Source: a virus
Lineage: Duplodnaviria; Caudoviricetes
Reading direction: 5' to 3' (one strand)
Length of the DNA stretch: 50,215 nucleotides
IMG/VR virus record: IMGVR_UViG_3300003967_000007
Location: 1 to 50,215 of that record
Notes under the pieces: model-generated
The model's input: only the letters and a program-made list of their open reading frames with translations
What the model was told of the DNA's origin: nothing
Database searches by the model: none
Translations under genes and position numbers: made by a program
Shown: positions 7,900-14,239 of the stretch, one piece after another
How positions within the stretch are numbered: position 1 is the first letter of the stretch
Layout of the letters: each line of letters opens with the position of its first letter

Positions 7900-8646
7900 A
7901 TGGAAAATTCCGCACAAGTAGAGCGTTATATTGATCGCCTCGTCGAAGCCATTTGCCTCCGCGGCTACATAATCGAGCCGAACCCCGATCTCGGCCGCTG
8001 GCGTGACTGCATGGCCGCCGCTCCAGGTACCGCTGCCGTCAATCCCTGTTTCGACCCTGCGCATCATCACTTTCAAGATGATGGCAAGCAGTATTGGCTG
8101 CGCGTCGCAACGAAGCCGCGCAAGGATGGGCCGGTGCCGGAAACGGTCGCCATCATCGCCTTCCGCCTGTTGGAGGTGGGCGAGGGGGGATGGATCGACT
8201 GGCTGGAGACCGGTCGCCTGTTTTCCAGCCGACTTCGACCGCTGGCGCGCGCCAAGCTTTTGCACCCTGCCGAGATGAACTGGAAGGGGCGCATCGGTCA
8301 CCATGGCGGCCTCTGGGTGGAACCGACACGGCATCGAGGATCTGGCCTCGCCTACCTGTTGACCCACCTCGTGCGCGCCATCAGCCTGCGTGATTACGAT
8401 GTCGATCACCATGTTGGCGTGGTGCTCGAAGAACTATGCCAGGGCGGTTTGCCGACAAAGCCGAGCGGCTATGGCTATCCGCGTGCCGTGCCGTCGCTCG
8501 ACGGCTATATCATGGGGGCCGCGCGCCACGCCAAGCTGTACTCGACGCATATCAGTCGAGCGGAAATGCTGGCGCAGATTGATGCCGGGCCGCTGCCTGA
8601 GCGGCTTGCCTGGCCGCCGCCGGCGTCGCAGAGACAGGCCGCCTGA
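7900..8646 (+). CDS. GNAT-fold acyltransferase-like protein (copy A)
   Basis: GGLWVEPTRHRGSGLAYLL matches GNAT motif A (hxVxPxxRGxGhA); preceding strand TVAIIAFRLL; oriented opposite to both neighbours. Confidence 0.7.
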   Translation: MENSAQVERYIDRLVEAICLRGYIIEPNPDLGRWRDCMAAAPGTAAVNPCFDPAHHHFQDDGKQYWLRVATKPRKDGPVPETVAIIAFRLLEVGEGGWIDWLETGRLFSSRLRPLARAKLLHPAEMNWKGRIGHHGGLWVEPTRHRGSGLAYLLTHLVRAISLRDYDVDHHVGVVLEELCQGGLPTKPSGYGYPRAVPSLDGYIMGAARHAKLYSTHISRAEMLAQIDAGPLPERLAWPPPASQRQAA

Positions 8647-9267
8647 TCAGCTGCCTATGACGATCGGGCGGGGAGCGGCGGAACCGTCGCTCTCCGCAAT
8701 CACCTCGGCCAGCGTCTGCTTCTTGATGATCGGCGTGATCAGCGTGACGACACGCACCACCTTCGTCGGCGGTGTCAGCTGCAGGTGACGAAGCCGCCGT
8801 GGCGTGTTCCCGTTCGCATGATCCGCATCGAAAAATGGAAGCATCAGACGGCGGTAGATGCGGGTGTGGTTCATTTCAACGATGAAACACACTGGCTGCG
8901 CTTCGCGCACCACCACGCCATAGGTCTGTTCGGCGGCGTATTTCGCGGGTTGCTCGCGAATCGTGCCTATCAGGGTGTCGGTGTGCTGGGCGCCATCCAT
9001 GACGAAGTCATGCGGGATGAAGTCGATGAAACGCCACGCATCCATGCAGGGCGGTGTCGTGTCGACCAGGTGCGCCGGGTCGGGCGCGAAGATCCTGCGC
9101 ATCGTCTGGAGAAACAGCGGCGCGGCCGAGCCGTGCTGGTCTACGGAATATGCTTTCAGGGCGAGACTGGTTTTCCAGTCCTCGTCCGCCACCGTTTCAG
9201 GTGACTTCCTGTCCAGCCGCACTTCGATGTTGCGGCCAATGACTATCTGAGACTTCCCCGTATACAC
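8647..9267 (-). CDS. PAS-like (PAS_5/DUF1457-type) domain protein
   Basis: HLVDT...WRF...TYGVVVREAQPV...YRRLMLPF resembles the DUF1457 pattern (Y-x2-VV-x4-P ... YxRLxLP); co-oriented with and downstream of cI; exact start uncertain. Confidence 0.55.
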   Translation of the reverse strand: MYTGKSQIVIGRNIEVRLDRKSPETVADEDWKTSLALKAYSVDQHGSAAPLFLQTMRRIFAPDPAHLVDTTPPCMDAWRFIDFIPHDFVMDGAQHTDTLIGTIREQPAKYAAEQTYGVVVREAQPVCFIVEMNHTRIYRRLMLPFFDADHANGNTPRRLRHLQLTPPTKVVRVVTLITPIIKKQTLAEVIAESDGSAAPRPIVIGS

Positions 9268-9333
9268 GCATGAAGCGTAGCGGGTGAATACAACCGATGC
9301 AACCGGATACTTATCCTCAGGCTCAACCTAGCG

Positions 9334-9867
9334 TTAAGCCTTGCCTTTTAACGGCTTAAGGGCAGCTGCCTTTTTCTCCGGTTGCGTTTTTCGTGCGGCC
9401 ACTTCCGCCCGTTTCGCGATAGTCATGATCATGCCGGCCCGCTCGGATGCTGCGAACTTCACCTTCATCAGCCTCTCCTCGGCGGCTGCCTCGATGTCGG
9501 CCTGAATGAAGGTCACAACCTCGGGTACCCGCTTGGCCAATGCTTCTATAAAACCGAGGACGTGGGCCCGTTCAGTGGCGGGAATTCTCTCAAGCTGCTT
9601 CAAGGCAACTGCACCAGCGGGAGCGGGTTCAGCCATTGCCGCGATCTTACCGTCGGGTCCTTTCCCACGCCCATACAAGATCCACTCGGCGTCGATGCCC
9701 AGGTGGCGTGCATATTTGGTGGCCTTGGCCGGCCGGACGTCCGCATAGCCATTGGCTGCCGCGCGAATCGTGCCGGCTTGAATACCGGTCCTGCGACCGA
9801 GTTCAGCGGCACTAACGCCAGCCCTGTCCATGGCCATCTTCAGGCGCGTTGAGGGGGTTTCAGTCAT
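9334..9867 (-). CDS. cI-like repressor (XRE HTH) without an S24 peptidase domain
   Basis: RLKMAMDRAGVSAAELGRRTGIQAGTIRAAANG...YARHLGIDAEWILYGRG; divergent from cro-like gene; GAGGGGA RBS before ATG 9867. Confidence 0.85.
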   Translation of the reverse strand: MTETPSTRLKMAMDRAGVSAAELGRRTGIQAGTIRAAANGYADVRPAKATKYARHLGIDAEWILYGRGKGPDGKIAAMAEPAPAGAVALKQLERIPATERAHVLGFIEALAKRVPEVVTFIQADIEAAAEERLMKVKFAASERAGMIMTIAKRAEVAARKTQPEKKAAALKPLKGKA

Positions 9868-9879
9868 GATTCCCCTCTT

Positions 9880-9935
9880 CATAAGGAAATTACCGCTAAA
9901 ATAATTGTTGACGTGAGCGATAAAATTTTTATCAT
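9880..9935 (+). promoter_or_regulatory. PR-like promoter and operator region
   Basis: TTGACG (9908-9913), 16-nt spacer, TATCAT (9930-9935); palindrome GATAAaatttTTATC at 9919-9933; weaker copy near 9880-9894. Confidence 0.75.
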
Positions 9936-9945
9936 TCGACGCGTC

Positions 9946-10185
9946 ATGCAGGATTACTCCACTTTCTCCGAACTGATCGAAGACTGGCCTCGCGGTGCCG
10001 CCGGCCTCGCCAACGATCTCGATGAACGCGCAGGAACGGTGCGCGCATGGAAGCGCAATAACAGCATCCCGTCTGAGCATTGGGAGAAGCTGGTCGCGCT
10101 GGCGCCGGATCGCCGCCGCAAGATCTCGCCCGAACTGCTTTTGTCTCTTGCAGCGCGCTCTCGCAGCGCCGGAAAGGCGGCGTGA
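9946..10185 (+). CDS. Cro-like HTH protein
   Basis: TFSELIEDWPRGAAGLANDL...TVRAWKRNNSIPSEHW; small HTH protein divergent from cI; start trimmed to ATG 9946. Confidence 0.8.
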   Translation: MQDYSTFSELIEDWPRGAAGLANDLDERAGTVRAWKRNNSIPSEHWEKLVALAPDRRRKISPELLLSLAARSRSAGKAA

Positions 10186-10313
10186 TGCGCCTCGGTGTTC
10201 TGCGCGGATGGTGGGTCGGGGCCTTGGGTGCGGTGTCTCATGCCGCCGATGATGTCGGCAGCAGCGACGCAGGTCTGCGTCGTCTGGGCCGCAAGGTTGC
10301 GCTACCCACATGA
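10185..10313 (+). CDS. Small hypothetical protein (42 aa) between cro and the HTH-PAS gene
   Basis: TGATG overlap with the cro stop and ATGA overlap with the next gene. Confidence 0.4.
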   Translation: MRLGVLRGWWVGALGAVSHAADDVGSSDAGLRRLGRKVALPT

Positions 10314-11431
10314 CGCGCAACGGGGGGATTGCACAGACATTCCGGGCCGCGCTGCTGAAGCGCATCGCCCCGGCCACCGGCATCTCACTGAAGATGCTGG
10401 CGCACCAGCTGCAACGAGCAGGTACGCCGATCAGCACCGACACGCTGGAGCGCTACCGCGACGACACCACCACCATTGCCGGCGCCGCGATCCAGGCGAT
10501 CGATGCCGCGCTGGCGCATTTCGGTTTCCCCGGCTTCATGGCCGAGGTGTATGGCCGCTCCCCCGCGGCGGGCTCCGCTGCTGCCGTACCGTCGAGCGAA
10601 AGTCCCTCTGGGATCCTCGGTGCGTCGGCAGCGGATACCTGCCTCTGGGCCACCCATGAAGGCACGTTGCACAAGGCCGAGCGCGGCCATGCCGACTTCG
10701 CGCGCCGCTATCTCGACCTGCCGCATGACACCGCTGCGGATGCAGCGCGGTTCGCGATCAACCAGCTGGGTTGGCTGAAGCTCACCCACTATGCCGATGG
10801 CCGCCTGCTCTTGGATGGCGATGCCGCACGCAACGCCGAGGCGCGCGACCGTGTCGCGTCCTGGCTCGAAGGGCAGGGCAGCCTTCTGGTGTCAGGTCCG
10901 GCATTGCCCAAGGCGATGTCAGCCACCGATGCAGCCGCCTGGCTGCGCGACCAGCTGCCGGTGTCACCGATCACCAGCTGGACGGCCACGCCGATCGATG
11001 CCGGCGACCTGACCGAGACGCCGCATCGCGACCTGTGGCGGGCCATCCACGACGCCGGAATCGAGCGCGCGCATCTGGTCGAACTGGCCGGCCGCACCGG
11101 CATGCTGGACCGTGCCGCGCTGTTCCTGGTCGACGGTCGCGACGTAACCAGCGCCAGCGTGGGCACCGGCCTACCGATCAACCGCAGCGTGGTGGGCCGC
11201 AATGTGATGGCCCGGCAGGACCAGGTTTATGCCAGCCAGCTGCGCCGCGACGTGCTCGCCACCGTGCAGGCTGGCGCGAGCATCACCCGACTGCGTCGCC
11301 ACAACGCGCAAGGCATCGAGGGCGGCTACGACCGCGCGGCCTTCGCGCAGCGCACCGGTCCGAACCGCTGGCTCGTGCTGTCCGCCTCCAGCGGGCTTCT
11401 CCTTCCCCCCAATTTCCAGGCGCTGAACTGA
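10310..11431 (+). CDS. cII-position regulator: N-terminal HTH, middle domain, C-terminal PAS-like domain
   Basis: ISLKMLAHQL...ISTDTLERYRD is HTH-like; C-terminal RDLWRAI...LDRAALFLV...VG...VVGRNV...Y...GYDRAAF...LVLSAS resembles DUF1457-type PAS. Confidence 0.6.
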   Translation: MTRNGGIAQTFRAALLKRIAPATGISLKMLAHQLQRAGTPISTDTLERYRDDTTTIAGAAIQAIDAALAHFGFPGFMAEVYGRSPAAGSAAAVPSSESPSGILGASAADTCLWATHEGTLHKAERGHADFARRYLDLPHDTAADAARFAINQLGWLKLTHYADGRLLLDGDAARNAEARDRVASWLEGQGSLLVSGPALPKAMSATDAAAWLRDQLPVSPITSWTATPIDAGDLTETPHRDLWRAIHDAGIERAHLVELAGRTGMLDRAALFLVDGRDVTSASVGTGLPINRSVVGRNVMARQDQVYASQLRRDVLATVQAGASITRLRRHNAQGIEGGYDRAAFAQRTGPNRWLVLSASSGLLLPPNFQALN

Positions 11432-12264
11432 TGGCCGGTCTGCATCCCTTCGATTTTCTCGATCTCGGCCAGAACCGCCTACCGTTCCGCATGCAGGTGG
11501 CCGCCAATCGCAACATTGCCGCCCTGGTGGCTCATATCGAGAAAGCCGGCCTGCGCCCCAGCGTGCATCGCGATCTGCAGGCTGCCGCCGATCTGTGGCG
11601 CAGCGATCCGAAAAACCCGCCGCTCTCGGTGCTTGCCAATCCCGAGCTGCAACGGCCGCTGCCCGACCGCTCGACCATGGCGGTGCTGCTGTATCGCAGC
11701 GGCGAGCCGGTCGGCTGCATCGTCCAGCGCCGCATCTGGGTCTGGAACCTGGTCGAGGATATGCGCCGTCTGGCCTTCTGGTTCCCGGGCATCGACGAGC
11801 CGCCGGAGGGTTACCGCTGCGATGTGTCGCTTGATAGCGACCTTCTACAATTCCGAGAAGGCGCGGTGGTCTATTCCTGCTGTCTCTATGTGCGACCCGA
11901 CGCGCAGGCGAATTTTATGCGGGTTGCGATGGCCCGTCTCAGCCATGCGCTCTGCGCCCAGCACTGGGGCTGGAATCTGCTGATCGGTCGGGCGCGCTGC
12001 GCTGTGGCGGCCAAGCTGGCCTTCCGCGACTGGGGAGCCACCGGGGTCTGTAATGGCGTCTACCTGCTCGGCCCGGGCTGCGACGACCACTCCGGGCATC
12101 CGCATTACGTCGCCTGGATGAAGCGTGAAACCTTAGAGGAGCAACTGGCCGATACATGGTACGGCCAGCCGGGCACGTCCATCGACACGCCGGTCGAATT
12201 CCGGCCCGCCCGCGCCGCGCGCGCGGCTGCCCCATCCGCCCAACTGGAGGACGCCGCATCGTGA
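11431..12264 (+). CDS. GNAT-fold-like protein (copy B, degenerate motif A)
   Basis: Likely start ATG 11431 (TGATG overlap). Collinear by eye with 7900..8646: GEPVGCIVQRRI, GAVVYSCCLYVRPD, ARLSHALCAQHW, HYVAWMKRETL. Confidence 0.6.
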   Translation: MAGLHPFDFLDLGQNRLPFRMQVAANRNIAALVAHIEKAGLRPSVHRDLQAAADLWRSDPKNPPLSVLANPELQRPLPDRSTMAVLLYRSGEPVGCIVQRRIWVWNLVEDMRRLAFWFPGIDEPPEGYRCDVSLDSDLLQFREGAVVYSCCLYVRPDAQANFMRVAMARLSHALCAQHWGWNLLIGRARCAVAAKLAFRDWGATGVCNGVYLLGPGCDDHSGHPHYVAWMKRETLEEQLADTWYGQPGTSIDTPVEFRPARAARAAAPSAQLEDAAS

Positions 12265-12599
12265 GCGCTGACGTGATCGATTTTGCCACAGCCGCGTCGG
12301 TGGCGGGTGCGTCCGCCGGCTTCCATGAAGCGGTGGCGGCGCATGTGCATCGCTTTTCCGAGGCACCGATTGGCGCGCGCATCGTCTACCACACCGGCTA
12401 TCTGGCCCCGACGGGTGCCATTGCGGTCGCGGCCTATGACTGCGATCGGCGCGGCATCGGTCTGCTGTTCCAGCGGGTGACCGGCAAGACCTCGCGCGGC
12501 CAGTTCCGCGAGTTCGAATACATCCTGGTCCGCTGCACCCGCGCCACCGCGCAGGCGCTGCGCCAGACCGCGTTGCTTGCCCCCAGCAAGAAGGACTGA
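12261..12599 (+). CDS. Conserved-looking hypothetical phage protein
   Basis: GTGA overlap and GGAGG RBS; contains IVYHTGYLA...LLFQRV...FEYILVR. Confidence 0.65.
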   Translation: MSADVIDFATAASVAGASAGFHEAVAAHVHRFSEAPIGARIVYHTGYLAPTGAIAVAAYDCDRRGIGLLFQRVTGKTSRGQFREFEYILVRCTRATAQALRQTALLAPSKKD

Positions 12600-12603
12600 T
12601 CCG

Positions 12604-13065
12604 ATGCGTTCAACCCGTTCCATTGCCATGCTCGCGGCTGCGGGCGCCATGATTGCCAGTGCCTCAGCAACCATGCTGCAGCCGGCCCGCAACAGCCTGT
12701 CGGTGCTCCGTCCGGAGCCGCCGCGGATCGCTGCGCCGGCTTATGCAATCAAGTCCGATCGGCTAAACCGGAAGCTCGCTGAGCGCAAGCGTCGCAAGGC
12801 GCGCCGCCGCATGGAAGCGGCTGAGCGCCACCGCCCGGGGCGCCAGAAAAGCTCAGCCCAGTCCGCGCTTCAGCGTGTGCTCAATGCCATGACCAACCAC
12901 GAGCGGCATTGCTGGTCGCGGCACTGCGGCAACGACAGGACGAAGCGCAAGGACATCGAGATTGCCAAGCAGTTTCTGAACCCGCTCGGCCAGGTCATGT
13001 CCGCGCGATCGGGTACGCCGGTCACGCGCCGTGGCGTCACCATCGAAGTGCGGAGCGCCAGCTAG
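12604..13065 (+). CDS. Basic hypothetical protein
   Basis: AAGGA RBS before ATG 12604; Arg/Lys-rich. Confidence 0.6.
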   Translation: MRSTRSIAMLAAAGAMIASASATMLQPARNSLSVLRPEPPRIAAPAYAIKSDRLNRKLAERKRRKARRRMEAAERHRPGRQKSSAQSALQRVLNAMTNHERHCWSRHCGNDRTKRKDIEIAKQFLNPLGQVMSARSGTPVTRRGVTIEVRSAS

Positions 13066-13112
13066 GGCGGCCTTTTCTCCGCAGTTGTCACAGGTTCCAC
13101 GCAGAGGCAGTC

Positions 13113-13808
13113 ATGGCCAAGAAGCTCAACTCAGGCAATTTCTCAACCGAACAGCTGAACCAGTTGGTCGCGCGCATCGAACGGCTCGAAGAAGAGAAGA
13201 AGGCGATCGCCGACGATATCAAGGAAGTCTACGCCGAGGCCAAGGCGCATGGCTTCGATATCAAGATCCTCCGCCAGACCATCCGGTTGCGGAAATTGGA
13301 CAAGGCGGACCTGGCCGAGCAGGAGCAACTGCTTCAGGTCTACATGGAAGCCCTCGGCATGTTGGCGGATACGCCGCTTGGCGAAGCGGCCGTCGCAGCC
13401 GATCTGCCGGAAGTCCGCAAGATGCGGGCATCCATCGCCAAGGGCGAAGTTACGGTCGAGGTCGGCAATACCCGATTGCAGGCTGACGGCACCGGCGGCG
13501 TTGCTTCGGTTCCAGCCAGCGAGCCGCACCCGCACAAAGGCGCACGCGGCAGTGGTCTGGTCGGCAAGATACACGACAAGCTGGTCGAAGCGGGCATGCA
13601 GCATCTGGGCGGCAACCAGTATGCACCGCCCGGCTCCATGGCAGCTGAGATTGCCGCGTTGGCTGATGCCCATGGCGCGTCACCTGAGGTGAAGGATATT
13701 GCCATCCGCACCGCCAAGCTCGCCGAAACAGACCCGCAAGGCGCGGCCGCTGTGGTTGCCACGGTGCATGCGCTCGCGACCCATCCGGAAGCGGAGGCGG
13801 CGCAGTGA
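13113..13808 (+). CDS. gapR: GapR/DUF2312 family DNA-binding protein with a C-terminal extension
   Basis: [48 protein letters not shown]...YMEALGM is the GapR signature; start trimmed to ATG 13113. Confidence 0.9.
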   Translation: MAKKLNSGNFSTEQLNQLVARIERLEEEKKAIADDIKEVYAEAKAHGFDIKILRQTIRLRKLDKADLAEQEQLLQVYMEALGMLADTPLGEAAVAADLPEVRKMRASIAKGEVTVEVGNTRLQADGTGGVASVPASEPHPHKGARGSGLVGKIHDKLVEAGMQHLGGNQYAPPGSMAAEIAALADAHGASPEVKDIAIRTAKLAETDPQGAAAVVATVHALATHPEAEAAQ

Positions 13809-14239
13809 AGAAGCGGGTGAAGAAGCCAGTCAATCGCGAGGAAGACCAGCTGCAGAAGATGCAGGTGGAATACCTGGAAATCCTGCGCGCCCAGGGCCGG
13901 CTTGAATATTTCGCCGTGCCCAATGGCGGTCTGCGCAGCCCGCGCGAAGCCGCGATCATGAAGGGCCTCGGTACCCGCGCTGGCGTTCTCGACCTGGTCA
14001 TTCTCTGGAGCATTCCGTTCGGTGGCCCGCAAGGTACACCGCTGCCGGCCATGGGCTTCATCGAGAACAAGTCCGAGAAGGGCGTGCTGTCTTTGGAGCA
14101 AAAGGCATGGATCCAGTGGCTCACCGGCCACGGCCATCGCACCGCCGTGGTGCGGACCTTCTCGCAGTTCCTGCAGACGCTGGAAGACTGGCGGCTGATC
14201 AGCACGGCCGAGCGCGGCGCGCGGGAGTATGCGGTTTGA
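13805..14239 (+). CDS. VRR-NUC domain nuclease
   Basis: EDQLQ...FAVPNGG...[13 protein letters not shown]...[18 protein letters not shown]. Confidence 0.85.
   Translation: MKKRVKKPVNREEDQLQKMQVEYLEILRAQGRLEYFAVPNGGLRSPREAAIMKGLGTRAGVLDLVILWSIPFGGPQGTPLPAMGFIENKSEKGVLSLEQKAWIQWLTGHGHRTAVVRTFSQFLQTLEDWRLISTAERGAREYAV

Noticed and set aside
7900-8646. Calling this gene luxI (AHL synthase)
   Set aside because: The canonical LuxI N-terminal residues (R-x3-F-x5-W, E-x-D-x2-D) are not visible and no LuxR-type protein is present, so only a GNAT-like fold is supported.
9331-9360. Full CtrA box (TTAA-N7-TTAA)
   Set aside because: The TTAA elements are spaced by 10 and 4 nt, not 7; at most half-sites.
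9868-10443. N-terminal extension of cI in the track (369 aa ORF)
   Set aside because: It runs through the operator/promoter region and antisense to cro; the RBS and HTH position support a start at 9867.
10771-11430. N-terminal extension of the 497 aa ORF 10771..12264
   Set aside because: It overlaps the HTH-PAS gene in another frame with low-complexity Arg/Pro/Gly sequence; TGATG coupling and similarity to 7900..8646 support a start at 11431.
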